From: Cyanophora paradoxa CCMP329
Taxonomy: Eukaryota; Plantae; Glaucophyta
DNA length: 64,000 nt
NCBI GenBank assembly: GCA_004431415.1
Contig: QPMI01000423.1
Span: 248,001 to 312,000 of the forward strand
Direction of reading: 5' to 3'
Below the pieces are notes generated by a model that worked only from the letters and a program-made list of their open reading frames with translations, was not told where the DNA came from and searched no databases. Within the stretch, counting starts at the first letter, position 1; each line of letters begins with the position of its first letter. This document shows positions 23,973 to 37,718 of this stretch, one piece after another. The position numbers and the translations under genes were made by a program.

Positions 23973-26900
23973 ATGGAACCATATGGACCCGCGTATACGT
24001 ATGGAAGCCCGCTGCACGCGTACGGGCTCAGCAGGAACCCCAACGCGTACGGCGCCGGCGGCCGCGGGGCAGAAGCAGCCTCTAGTCCTTACGTATACGC
24101 CCCGAGTCCCGCGCGCTCATTCGATGGATCGTACAGCAGCGGCAGTTACTCCCGTCCCGGGCCCGCTACGACGAACTTCGCCAGCGCGCACGTGACGATG
24201 CACCCGGCGGCCGCAGCGCCTGTCCTATCCACATCGCCGGAAGGCTTTGATCATGATCATATGCATATGCATGCATACGAGGCGTCGCAGGACAGCCCGA
24301 CGGGGGCTCTGCTGCTCAGGGGACCACCGACGTCCGACTCCTCCCAGCTCCGGCTGCGCATGCAGCCGCAGATTTCGACACCCAAGGGCGACAGGAGCAA
24401 GGACGACAACAGCAAGAACGTCGTGAAAGCCATCTCCGAGTGCGTGTAGAACGTAATTATAAACTGCGACGCTGTAAAGTCCACGTTTACGTCAAACTGT
24501 GCATATTATCATGCATATAATTATAAGCCGCTCTAACAGTTTGCGCGTGCAGCCTCTTCCAGGACATGAAGCTCGATGTGCGCGCCACGGAGATCTACCT
24601 CCGCGTCTGGCGCAAGCGCCTCGCTCGGTACGAGCTCTACCGGTAAGCCAATTCGAACCGGGCCCGGGCTCGCACACATACATATGCATGATCGCGCATG
24701 CACACACGCCGACGTCGACGCGCAGCGACTTCGTCTTGTACACCGTCTTCGTGCTCCTGTTCGCCTCGCTTGCCGTTCGCGTCATCCCAGTGGGTTCGTC
24801 GCCCTGTCCCGCCCCCTCGAGCTCGCCGCGAGCGCATCGCGCCCCAAACCTGCAACCTCTCTTACCTCTGCGCTTCGCAGCGGTGCGCCCTATGGCTTTC
24901 TCGGGCTCTCTTTCTCTTTCTCGCCATCCTCTTTTCGGCCCCAGTGCCCTCGTCCTCTTCTTCCCTCACTTTCGGTCCTCGTACATGTGCACACTGTGAC
25001 AGATAGCGCAGCAGTAGGCTTTCTCCCGCTCCTCCCTGCCCCCCCCCCCCTCCCCCCCCCTCCCCTCCCCCCTCCCCTCCCCCGCCCCCCTCTCTCCTTC
25101 CCTGACAGAGGACCCACGCAGATTAATTATGAGCAGAACGAGAGCTTGATTGTTGACGGGCACCTTGACTTGGAGGAGGTGCGCGCGGGGTTGGCGCGTT
25201 CACACAATATAATCAACCAAGTGATTAACTATTCACGTCCTTCCCAGGCCTTCGAGAACATTAAAAACGTCGGTGCGCAAGCGCCCTCCCCCTGCTCCTG
25301 CCTCTCCCGGCCTTGCCTATCGATTTCCTCAATCTCGATCCTCCGCAGACGATGTGTTCGACTGGCTGTCGGATGTCCTCCTGCCGCTAACGAACCCCGC
25401 AAACCCTCAACACGGATCCTTCCGGTGGTTCCGCCGACAGATTGGCGCCGTCCGTATTCGGCAGGTGCACTTAATCTGGCTCGATGGATAATAAGCCCCT
25501 CTTCATCTCGGCCTCTAGATCTAGTTATAACGGACCACCAGATACGTAGCACGGCATACACGTGTAAGGCGGCAAGCGCCGGTCAAGGCAAGCTCACTGA
25601 ATCGCGGTCTGCCTCGCTCTTCCTAGCATCATCATTTGATCAATCGCTTGACTTCGACGATCAGGTGCTTCCATGATTTCGGTCCAGGCAGCGAGGAACG
25701 TGCGCCATTCGGCCTCGAGACCGATGCGTGCGCATGCAGACACCGTCCCTTCCCGGAAAAAATTACTGCGCTTGCGTTATGAATGGCGTCGCCAATCGCA
25801 AACCGTCAGGTGGACGTGGCGTGGGGGTATGGCTGACCTGAAGCCATCTTCGGGGTACCTTCGGGACTGGATCACGGGTGACGCCATCTCGTCTTACGGG
25901 CGGGTATGCTTGCCTGAGCCTCTTGAATGTTCATTTGATTTCCACTGCTTATTTGCACTGCTCGCTTGACAGGGCGGATACACAGTGACGCTTCCCTTCG
26001 GCCGCATTGACGAGAACCTCGTAACCATTTCCCAACTCAAGGTCCGGTCGCAGCGGAACGCGCGAGCTCATTATGTTCATCTGCATACGTGGCTGAAAGG
26101 GGGCCAAAATGTGCGAATCAGAGCACCTTCTGGCTGGACGCAGGCACGCGCGCTGTGACTGTGGAGGCAAACTGGCAGAACCCGCACACGAGTGCGTTCG
26201 CGCGCGCAATGAAATTAAAGTCTACGCCGCTGCATATGCGGGCGACAGTCGAAGGTCAACGTTAATCCCAACCACCCCCCAGACACATTCATCACGATGG
26301 TCTTCTTACTCGAGTTTCCGACCGCTGTTCGTCTTGTGCATATATATTTGTTCGATTCCCGGAGTCTCATCTCTGTGCTCCCTGGGACGTGTACAGGGCC
26401 TCGTAATGCCGAGCGTGCAAGTCGACACTCTGCACTTGGACACTTTCGAGTGGCTCACTGCTTTAATTGGTGCGGGCTTCGGACAGCCGCCCTATCGCTA
26501 GCTATATATAGGCCTGAAGCAGGGGGGGTCATTCACATTAATATTAATTATTATTGGCCCCGGCTCGGTCCGCGCACTTATGAATGCAGCCGTCGTGTTC
26601 TACTTTCTCGTCCTCTGTACGTATACCTTCATTTTCGGCACGGCCCGCGGCTGATCTGTTTGCAATCATTTTCGGATGCGCGCCATTCCACCGTTGCTCT
26701 TTGCAGGGTACATCGGTCGTGAATTCGTCGAGATGTGGCAGCATGGTTTCATTGGTTATTTTAGAGGTCTGCTTGAGCTCGAGCCTGCATGCAAGCGAGT
26801 GTCGCTTGCATATAAACATGAGATGGCGCAGCCGACAAGTGGAATCTTCTCGATCTTCCCAACCTGGTCCTCCTACTCTGCGCTGGTGTCTTCGGCCTTC

Positions 26901-29900
26901 AGTACTGTATGCATATGAGTCATCATGATCGAATTCCAATCTTCGTTACCTCCATTAATTTCTCCGTCTTTGTCAGACGTTTTCTGTGTCGACCTGCGAA
27001 CGGACTTGGACGAAGGCATCGATCCTGCCCGCTTCTACGATTTTAGCCGGGGCTTGCACCTGATGAACCTCATCCAGCAGGTGCGCATGCGATATATCTA
27101 GATCGACAAACTGCAGCCGCTCGCACGATCGACGTCGGTTACCGAGTTATTGATTCGATTCACATTCTACTGCGGTAGCTCGCCGGCGTGTCGCTTTTCT
27201 TTTGCTGCGTGCGGGCGTACAAGTATCTTGAACTCACCCCGCGGCTTGCTGTTCTAACAAACACGATCACAAAGGTGCGAATTCGAATGCCTTGACATCG
27301 TTCAACAAAACACGATCAATTGAATTGATCATGATTTGATATTGGGGCAGGCTGTGCCCGACCTGGCCGCCTTTGTTTTCATCTTCGGTCTGCGCGCCGC
27401 AATTCAACCCCCCCCCCTTAAGCGACTCTCACGGCGCTATTATTGCAGCGATTCTCTTCTGTGGATACGCCGCGATGGCATGTGTCATCTTTGTGCGCCA
27501 TCTTTTACAGCCAGTACTCTTTCATTAAATAAAATATTTGCTTAATGTTCTTATGTGCTCATTCGCACTCTGTGCGAATTGGTTTGCAGGGACACCGCCT
27601 TTCAGGTTACATGCCCTCCTCCCTCTGGTATCTTCAGGCCATTAACAACAAGCATCGTCATCCTCAGAGTTCCGCTCTTTCAAAAGCAGCTTTGCGAATC
27701 TGTTTGGGTGCATGCATATGCGCTTCACGATGATCCGCTCCTTAAAACCACGCCTGGTCGATTACAATCTACAATTGCAATCTATCAAAAACCCTTAAGC
27801 ACGCACACCCCTTCTTAAAAATAACTTGCGATGCAGCAACTTAAGCGGGGGATTCGAAGCTGCGAAGATGGCCGAAATCTCCCCTGTTGCTGGCCTCGTA
27901 AGTCCTCTTTGGCGCATGCTTCGATTCTGCTTCTTTACTCCATGCTGAAGCTCTTCCCGTTCAGTTCTTCTACTTCTCGTTCATTGTGATCATGGGCCTT
28001 ATCCTTGTGGTCCGCTCATTACTATAATATAAATTTGGGCCCCAAAACGATTGCCGCCCGGCCCGCAATCAACAAGTTTTGTCTTCAAATTCGCAGAACA
28101 TTTTCATTGCAATCGTGAGCAAGGTCAGCGATTGTAATCTATTGTTGGACTTCATCTTTGAATGCTTTCAACCTGATCATTTAATCCTGCCCTCCCGGCT
28201 CCATTCCGAACGTCCTACAGAACTACGAAGATGCCGGGTGAGCCTTCGGCCGTTGCACGTCAAAGAACTCTTGCACGCCCCCTCGGCGCTCACTGCGCAT
28301 GCGCTCGTCGCAACCAGAGTGGAGGCAGTGAAGCGGCAGGAGGAGCTGGAAGAGCTGCTCTCCCCAGAAGACCAGCTGAGCCCCTTCAAGAAGATCACCG
28401 GAGCCAGGCTCGAGATCAAAAGAGTTAAACGCAAGCTCCCAGACGTAGAGCTGAAGAACCTGCACAACTCGACACTCCGCATCCGGGTGCGATCGAGATG
28501 AGATTGAGTATTGAAGACACTTCCGCGCCGGCCTGGGGCCCGCCCGCTATTCTCAAACTCGAAAGCACCCGCACATTTTAGTGCTTACGACCGCCGGAAC
28601 AGTTCTGGCTCTCAGAGGATTACTGCCAACCAAAAGACTTCAACTCGAAGGCTCGAAAGGCCCTTGCTTTCATGCATAAAAAGCAACGAGAAAAACGGGA
28701 GAAACTCGAGGTGCGCTTTATTCTGACGCGCATTGTTTCATTTTGCATTGTGGGTCAAGCTTGCGCAGGCGCAGTCGCCCGAGGGAACCGAAAAGAAGAA
28801 TATTAATGACAAGGTGGACAAGTGGCAGTTTTTCAAGGAGGCGCTAGAAAAACTTTTGAAGCCCGAGGATAAATATGACGATGGTCTGCCTGACGAGGTG
28901 CAGAATCGCTTGCACCCCGCCCACCTCACATTCTACATTAGTTCAGAGTCCACTGCTCGCGAACGGATTTGCTCATGATCACAAGCTTATGGCTCGATTC
29001 TGCAGGATGGGATCCATGCGGAGGTGGTGACGGACCTGAGCGACCCCAAGGCTCGCTTCATGATGGACGTCCTCCGCGTGCGGATTGAATACGTCCCTAG
29101 CTATAGGCTAGGGCCAGGAGAAAGCGCGCGCAATGCTTACTGTCAGCTTTTTTTTGCGGGCCTCCAGACCCACCTGTTCCTCAAGTTGATGGGGAGGCGC
29201 TTAGAGAAGGCGGAGGCTGCAGAGAGTGATGAGCCGAAGACGCCCACGCGCACGCGCGGAATGCCGGACCGTGGATTGACGTCGACGGTCGCCAAACCCG
29301 AGCCGACTGCTGCCGCCGTCGCTTCGGCTGCCGCTTCTGCTTCCGAGGTCGTGATCGCCCATCTCATGGTTTGCGGGGTGAGCTTCGAGTTCCCGCCCTC
29401 GTGGTGCAGCCTACCCGGCTGCGAGAGAACCGCGGTCGATTCGCGTGCATGCGCAGATTACGAACAAGTACGTCGATGTAGAGCTGAGCGATGCGGATTA
29501 CACATTCCGCAACTTCATCAGAGAGAGAACGGACAGCCCGTGGTGGCTAAGCGGTGTGAAGTGGTGCCTTGGAATAACAGATTCGAAACTCGAAGGCAAA
29601 GTGCAGCTGCAAGAGGGCGACTATCTCAAGATCACGCCGAGGCGAGCATCCCTCGAGCTCTCAGCTGCTGAATTTGTGATATCGTGAATCTCAGGGCCCG
29701 AACAAAGGTCGCCTACTATCTGTACATGAACAATACGAACTCGGTTCTGCACAATCGCGTCCTCCACACGTTCGAGAACTTCCGCGTTCCGCTGCCAAGC
29801 CGCCTCATTGAGGATTTGGACGTAAGCATCCGCCCCCGATGCTGGTCAAGCCTCGCATGCGAGAGCACTCTGACGTCGACGCCTCGGGCGGTCGCGGCTG

Positions 29901-32900
29901 CGCAGCTGGAGGAGGCGCTGATGAGCATCAGCAGCCGGAATAGCGAGCTCCGACGGCTGCTGGACGACCGCGGCGCATACCGCGTTCTGACCCCCGCCCG
30001 CTTCGTCCGCCGCACGTACTCTCTCGACGACATGCTCTCGGTTCGTTCGAATTGCAGCCAAGTACTAGTGTATTGCGCGCACGTGCGATATCACGCCGCG
30101 ATGACGGAGCGTCAGATCGTTCGAGCGCTCAAGGAATTCGCAGCCACAAGCCACGCGACGGTCCGGTCGATCAACCTCCCGCTTCGCCGCTCGCGGAGCG
30201 GCCGCGAGATCGACCCTGCACTCGCGGCTGCAGGACGTCGGGGACGATGCGTTCCGCCTGCTCGTCGAGGACGCAGTGCTGATCGACGCCCTCTACCGCG
30301 CCGTGCGCTGTCCTTCACGCATATTAAAGTTGAAGTTCTACAGTAGAAAGACCTTTAAGCGTAAGCAGATGGAATCCATCACGCTTAAAAATTCGCGATC
30401 GGCAGGCAATCGGAGAGGCGACGAAGTGCGTGGTTGACCTCGTCGAAAAGTTAAAGTATGCTGGGCGAACAGACTCAAAGCTGGCAGGCGAGCGCCCTCT
30501 ACATTGCTCTTAATTAATGCTGATGCTGCCATGGCCATTCTCTAATTATAAGCCGGACTACACGATCGCAGGGGGGCATACACACGTGCACTCCAGCGCA
30601 TCTGATCTCATGTCGGGCCGCCGCAAGGCGATTCGCGAAGTCGGAGTGCGCCTCCACAAGATTCATTAAATTTAAAGCTTAAGCTTCAGTGTATGCGCAA
30701 TTAAATAAAAAGAGCTGCAGGGCGAAAAGAAAATTCTGGAGCGCGCGGGCTTGAGCCCGTTGTTCTATGAGCATCTGACGGTGGCAGCGGATGAGGTAGC
30801 TTGACTTTAATAGTCAATGATTATTTATTTCCAGCATTCCGATATTCTAGACCTGAGTTCTGGAGTAACAGTTCGACCGGCGTGTACAAGACCTCTTTCT
30901 CACGATTTTGAACGCGTCTGCATCTGACGCCGACGGACAATCGCTCATCATCCGAGAGTCGCTCCGTTTTGATGAGGTCAGTGTCTAGTTACAATCAGCG
31001 TTAATAGCCGATATGCATAACTTTTCGGTATCGATATCGATCGTCCGGCAGGTAGCGGATATAGTCCGCGACATCACAATCAAGAAGCATTTCGGTGCAA
31101 ACGAGCTTGATGTCAAGACAGAGGCAAGTTATATAATTATGCTTCGACGGCGCCGGAAATGCTCGTTGTGTGTCGTTTGCGCGCGTTCTTAAAAAACTCA
31201 ATTGCTGTGTGACGCAGACTCTGCGCTTCCTCACGACACTCCCCGCGCAATGCTTTGTCAAAATGGACATGGTTCGTAGCATGGCGCTCGCATTTTGTTG
31301 ATCATGATGTGAACATGCATGTCCTCAGGACGCCGAGAAGACCGCTATCTGGATACCGAACCCCTACAACTCGGGCGCCATTTCAAAGGACGCGTGCGCG
31401 CTAGACAAATCTTGTGTCTATAGCATTCCATATTGCGTTGTTTCTCACGCGCGCGCGGCCGCGGCCGCGGGGGCAGTCGGGAGAAGCTTCTCGACTCCCT
31501 GCGACGCATCAAGGTTGTGATATCCATTGGGGAGTTGCGATCCGTCGCCGACGGCCAACACGCCAACGTCAACGACGACGGGTCGGTCTACTATGTGTTC
31601 GACAACACCTCGGTCTGTCGCAACGATAACCCCGCTCGCGTTCGAGCTGCAACATATACAAAGAACGATATCGACGAAGCTTGCAATTGCAGTTGTGGAT
31701 GAAGGAAGAACAAGTCTCTCTCCTCGTCGCGCTCGGGATGTTGTTCCACGACGAGTGGGTTCGCAGCCACCTGAAGGACGGTTGGAAGTGCGTCACTTTG
31801 GCCTCCATTGAATTTGCGGGTTCTATTCGTGTTCACAACAGTACAGGTACAGCGAAAATGGCGACGATGACGAGAAAAAGCTCAGCGGGGACTTCTTTGT
31901 GAGCGCGCTTTCGCAAATTTAAGTTCGGACATCGATCGGCTTGTAACGCACACGTCCACGTACGCGCAGCACCTCCTGTCTTCCACAAACACTACCCCTG
32001 GATCCCAGAATCAAAGGAAGGGCGAGGACGCCAACAAGACAGCCGAGGAAAAGACCCAGCGAAAAGAGCGAGGAAGCCAACAGAAAGCTGAGAAGTCTTT
32101 CGAGGAACTCTTTCGCGAGGCTCAGAAAGCGACACCTGACAATGAAGAGAAAACGAATGAGGAAACCTGGAAGATGAAAAGGCAGCGGAAGCTTGATGAG
32201 CAAATTAGCGGGGCTTTGGAGGTACGTGGATAACGCAACACGCATTATGAACTTCCAACTCCAACTTCTGACGCGCGCTTCACTGAGGCAGATCCTTTAT
32301 GCAGCCATGTATTGCGGGTTCGATTCTTGTTGTAGTCGTAATGTGTTGAATTTCCCCGCATTTTGTGACCGACGTACTTCACAGATATAAATTTGAGCCG
32401 CCGAATATTAACAGCAAGACCCCGACAGTGATCAAAGATGCTGTAATGGCAGAACCGGAATGGCTGGAATACATTAAGAAAAACAATCTTGCGAAAGTGC
32501 GTGTCCTTATTTCACCGACTGTTTTAACGATCTGCGAATTTCTCGGATATCCGATGTTTTTTGAATTCCATTGTTTCGTATCGGTTCGCTTACCTACCCA
32601 TGATTGCTCAGGATTATGTTCTACTCAAAATTAAAGACAAAAAGTACGCGCACAAAGACGCTGGCGACGATCGCGAGGAGACGATGGGGCTTCTCGTCGA
32701 TCTGCTTGCGAGGAACGCGCACGAAGTATGGGCCCGCAAGAAGAAGCGCGAAGGCTTGCCCCTCTCTTATAATTTCTCTCGCCGTACATGCATATGCCTT
32801 TTTACGCGCGTGCGCATGCAGGGTTCATGTATGGACCCGATAGGAGCAAGCAGCGCAAGATGAGCAGCCGGCTGGTCCGCTTTGAATTTCCGATCCATTA

Positions 32901-33295
32901 AAATTTCTCGATCAGTTCCCTTCGATCCGAGTTCCTGGTCGCTTTAATTTGTTCGCACGGCCAGGTGCCCTACGAGTGCCTGGGAGTGCACGAGCGCGAG
33001 AAGCTTGATCGAACCGAAGAGTCGCGCATCGAGGTTCTGGACGAGCAAGCGATGGCCCAGAAGGGAGTCGAAGGTGAGCCGCGGCGGCTCTCGAACGCGA
33101 ACTCAAAGGCATCGCTAGCGCCGGCTGCTCCTATACGCACATTGACGCCAGCCACGCCTTGCGCACTCCACAGTGGTGCTTCGGCTGCTTGTTGCGTGTG
33201 GTTTCTCGATTGTGCCTCCGAAGCGCCTATCGGCGTTGGAAGCTGGATTCGCTACGAGCTGGCACCAAGTTTACCGCCTGGTTTCGAATTTTTAG
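23973..33295 (+). CDS. Polycystin-2 (PKD2/TRPP)-like cation channel with two C-terminal ryanodine-receptor (RyR) repeats; many short exons
   Basis: PKD motifs DFVLYTVFVLLF, FENIKNVDDVFDWLSDVLLP, IGAVRIRQIR, SYG..GGYTVTL, LLEFPTAGLVMPS, FFYFSFIVIMGLILVNIFIAIVS; RyR repeats LGMLFHDEWVRSHLKDGWK...YCGYKF and LARNAHEVWARKKKREGFMYGP...LVPYECL...VLRLLVACGFSI. Confidence 0.88.
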
Positions 33296-34113
33296 ATATA
33301 TATATGACGTTTATTACGATGTTAAAAGCCAAACCTGTCCAACACCTCAGCTTGCAATTGCTGCAAATATGTGACGTCGACGTTTTTCAATCTGACCACC
33401 GATCCCGAGATATTTAATCGATCGCGATCTGCTATTAGTATCTTGATGCGCGCGCAGGCTATACGTACACGCTACCAAAGCGCGTTCCATGGCCAGCGTC
33501 TTGCTTTGATTTCTGCTGGCCGTACACACTTTACGCCATCAAGGGAAGGGGGTGGGGAGGGGGGATGGGGGGCGCCGGCCGCCGGCCGCGCGGGCCTCGC
33601 TGTCCGGAGGGCCCAGGAGACAAAAGAGGCCGCGCCCTCTCTCGCTGCCCCGTTCCGGAGCCCGCTGAACTGCGCATGCTCCCCGGGCCCGGGAGCCGCG
33701 AGTACTAGGCCAGTCCCGCTCCCCGCGTACGGCCCCCTAGGCCCCTAGGACTCCGGGTGCCTAGGCCTCGAATTCGGACCAATATTAAAATAATTAATGA
33801 TCGCAATCGAGCTGCCTCCCACGATTCCTGCCTTCTAGAATCAGAATCAGATCAGGCCCAGCCCCGGCCTGATTCTACGTTCGGTATACGCCCGCCGCCT
33901 CGCCCACACCAGCTGTACGCCGGCCCATGGCAACTTCTTCCCCGGCTCATATGCATTTATCAGAATTACTTTTACACTGTGACATTGGATTGGCTTTACT
34001 TGCACCTACTACAGTCACACATAAGCTCATACTACTACATTGTGGCCCCTCAAATTTTGGCGCATGCGCATGTACATGTGACACCCATGCAACACACGCC
34101 GGGGTCCAGATTT

Positions 34114-37071
34114 CTAGGAAAGGGGCCGCAGAGGCGCATCGCCTACGCGGGGCAATTGCAAGGAGAAGAGCTGTGTCTTGAGGGCCGCGGCCGGCGCCGG
34201 CGCCGCCGCGCGCATCCCGGGCACCACCAGCGGGACGGAGCGCAGCGAGGGCACCCGCCGCGTCTGGGCCCGGGGCGGCGGAGGCCGCGGCCGCCTGCGA
34301 GCGGGCGGACGCCTGCAGCAGCGGCAGCGGCTGCGGCTGCGGCTGCGGGGCGACGGGCGGCAGAGCCTCCAGCGCGCCCGGGAGGGGAGCGGCGGCATGC
34401 CGGCGGCGGCACGTGGCGCCCGCGGCGCGGCGCGCGCCACTGCCGGCGGCGTCGCCGGCGCCGAGCCGCGGAAGGCAGCGGCGAGCGCACCGGCGGCCGC
34501 CCGCAGAGAGTCGGCGGCGTTGTACGAGGAGGGGGGCGGCGGGCCCGGGGGCGGCAGCGGGGCGGGCCGCGGGGGAAGGGCGGCGGCGGGGGATCCGGAG
34601 GGGATGGCGGGGGCGGAGGCGGAGGCGGCGGGGGCGGAGAAGGGGTTGAGAATGACTGTGGCCGGGGCCAGAGGCACGCGCGTGAAGGACGGGGAGCGGC
34701 TGGAGCGGCCAGAGCGGGTCCCGCCCCCTGTACCCCGGACCGACGACGACGTACCCCGCACCGAGTCGCCGCCTGCGAAGGAGCCGCCTCAGCCACCCTC
34801 CCCTCGTCAGGGGAACGCGACGGCGGCGGGCGCAGGCCGCACCGGCGCGGGCGGCGCTGCGCTCGTCGAGGACCTGCTGCGCGCAGCGGGCGATGGCCGC
34901 GCTGTACCCCCCGTCCGTCAACCGCCGCGCGAAGCCCGGGCCCATCTGCCGGGGGGGATCCGGAGCGTCAGCTGGGAAAGAGGGGGGGGGGGGGGAGGGG
35001 GGAAGAATGGAGGGGGGGGGAGGGGGGCGGGATCGGTGAGCATGAGTAGGGGGCCTTCGTTCGCACCCGGTGGAGGGCCTGGATGAGGGGCCAGCCTGGC
35101 CGGGGAAACGCCGAGGTCAGGCGAGAGAGAAAGCCGACGCCGGAGACGCAGGGAAGGGGGCCGGGGTACCGTAAAGCGACGCGGAGGCGTAGTAGGGCGG
35201 GCCCGCGAGCGGCCCGGAGCGGGGGCGGCGGGGCGGGCGCGGGCGCCGGCCGGCGACATCGAGCGCCAGGCGCCGGCGGAGGAGGACGAACCGGTACCCC
35301 GGAAGGACCGGGAGGTCCCCCGGGCGTCCGCCGTCGAGAGGGAGGCGCGGCGGCTTCCCGCCGCGGACGAGGGGGCCGATCCCGCCGCCGCCTCCGCCGC
35401 CCGGGTCCGGCCGAAGCCCTGCGCCCGCGCGCCCCGGCCGCGGGTCGTCAGGCTTCGCTCAGAGACGACAATCGGGGGCGCCGGGCCGGGCCGGGCCGGG
35501 CACGGGAGGCGCTATCGAAGGCTCGAAATTAGGGGCTCGCGTACACGTACCCGGGGCTTTAGAGCCTGCAGCTCCCTCTGGCGCCGCTCGCGCCGCAGAC
35601 TCTGCGCCCGCGCCATCCGAAGCGCGAAGCTGCGCAGGAGATAGCTATAATCAGCTATAATGATGATAATGAGCTATAATATATATATAGCTATATGATT
35701 GAGGGGGGCGGCCTGAGGGGGTTGAGGGGGCGGCTCGGGCGCGCACCGGCGGCGGGCGCGCTGGGAGCGAGACATCCAGTCTCCGATCGCCGTCGCCTCG
35801 CCCCCCACCTGCACCTCTGCACGCGGGCCCGAGCATCCGAGGATCCGGGGCGATCAAATTCGATTGTATGCTATTATTAGCACGACGAGAATAGCGTACC
35901 CTCGACCTCGCGGAGCACGTGGGCGTTCCGCCCCTTGTCGAACCGCGTGATGGCCTTGAAGAGGCTCCGCAGGAACGATAGGTACATCGTCTAATAGAAG
36001 TGAAGTTCGATTAAGCTCGGATCATATAAACCTAAAAGGTTTTAGCTGTAGGGACCTTGTTGACGGTGGCTGTCCATGTGTCCACGATCTCGAAGACGCT
36101 TCGCATGAACCGCGCCTTCGAAAGCGACCGGTGGCCCGCCCTGCGAGCGCGTACCCCTAAGACGAGGGGGGGATGGAAGGGAAGTAAAGGGGGGTACGCA
36201 CGAGTCGAGCTCCCAGTCCTGCACGGCGATACGCATCGCCTCCGCAGGGTCCCTGGACCGCCCCGCCCCCCGTTCAGCCGCGCCCGGCGCCCCGGTCGAG
36301 CGGATCAAACTCTTCCGCACCACTTCTCGTGCAGGGCCCCTGCAGGGGACGGTTAGCGGGGGATGTAGCAATATACACAGTGCGAGAATTTAAAGCTGGG
36401 GCGCACTGTAGATACAGAAGTGCCACTTTTTGTAGAGCTCGAACCGCACCTTGGCGCCCGAGGCGCCGGTACCCGGCGCGGGGATCGACGCCAGCTCCGA
36501 GCTGACGACCCCGTGGAAGCGGAGCAGCATGCGGCAGACGTCCGGGTCGAATCGCAGCGATTCCCGCCTCAGAAGCGCGGCGTCCCTTCGTTTCGCTCGT
36601 TAGCTTAGCTTAGATCAAATTAGATTCGATCCGGGGCGCACGAGTGGAGCTCCTCGTTCCAGTCCTCGACGCCCTCCGAGTCGCCGGGGGCCCGCGGGGC
36701 GTAGAAGACGGCGCGGAGCTCGTCCAGGAACGAGACGGAGCCTTCCGACGGCTCCGAGGGCCGCGGAAGGGCCGCAAACGAGTGCCGCCGCGTCGGCAGC
36801 CTCAGCGCGATCTGCGGCGGTTGATCAGGCGAAACGCCAGGCGCACGCAGCTCCGAGCCCTGCTGGTCAGGGCGTGCTTCGGCGTGCGCACCTGAGCAAG
36901 CTGGAGGATTCTATGCTTTGGCGTCGGTGCCGGCTGAGCTTCTGTCTTCGCACGCCTGCTGACCGCTCGGGACGAGGAGGGCTTCGGCTGCTCGGCTATC
37001 GCCGCCAGCGACTCCGACGGCTGGGGGGTTTGCCGACGCTCAGCTAACGCTTCCTCTCGTTCGCTCTCCAT
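34114..37071 (-). CDS. Hypothetical protein with a degenerate EF-hand-like domain and low-complexity tail; 3' end uncertain
   Basis: Spliced: FELYKKWHFCIYRALHEKWDPAEAMRIAVQDWELDSAGHRSLSKARFMRSVFEIVDTWTATVNKTMYLSFLRSLFKAIT. Confidence 0.65.
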
Positions 37072-37718
37072 TTCAGCGCTTTGTCAGCCGCAACGCCGCG
37101 CCGGGTGACTTCTGCGAACTCTCCAGGCGCAAGATCCGGAGCCCTCGCGGTCAACCCCGGCGCAGATGCACGTAGCTAAAACGATTGCGAGCTTTCTCGC
37201 CCCGCTGCCGCCCTGAATTTGCCTGAAGAGGCTGGCGGGCTGGGAGAAGATTGCGGGGGATTGGACCGCCCGAGGGCGCGCCGCGACTGCAAAAGTGATG
37301 CTTGATGTTGCTGATACGGCGGGATGACGGCTGGCTAGCAAGGGGCGCCGCGGCTGGGCCAGGCTAGGCTCCGCACTGTTTGGCCGCGTGCGGATTCGAA
37401 CCGTGTTTTCGGCGCAGCAGCAGCTGCCAGGCAGCGCAGTCGGACCAAGGCCAAAGCCTTGAATACCAGCCAGCTCCCGTCCAGCAGTGGCCTGATCAGC
37501 AGACGACGGCGGCAGCAGAACTACGGGCAACTTCGCACTTCTGGCCGGGCCCATTTGATAGCTAACGCTAGCTAAGAAAGCGTGCAAGTTGAGCCACAGA
37601 GAGCCTGCTCCCAACCCGGTAGGCCGCATTTAGCCAGCGCGATCCCTGCTCCGTGCCGCTTGGAGCCGGCGGCAGCGCCGAGGCCGCCGGTCCAGCTTGC
37701 ACGCAGCGGCACTTAGCT

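Noticed and set aside
29457-29641. Ubiquitin-like/ThiS-like motif LQEGDYLKITP in the channel linker
   Set aside because: The resemblance is too short to call a domain without a profile search
30725-30780. tRNA-like 3' end on the minus strand
   Set aside because: No cloverleaf; the region reads as a coding exon of the PKD gene (RKEILERAGLSPLFYEHL)
33757-35532. Plus-strand 430-aa, 302-aa and 149-aa ORFs
   Set aside because: Antisense shadows of the GC-rich minus-strand gene; splice signals and C-rich introns point to the minus strand
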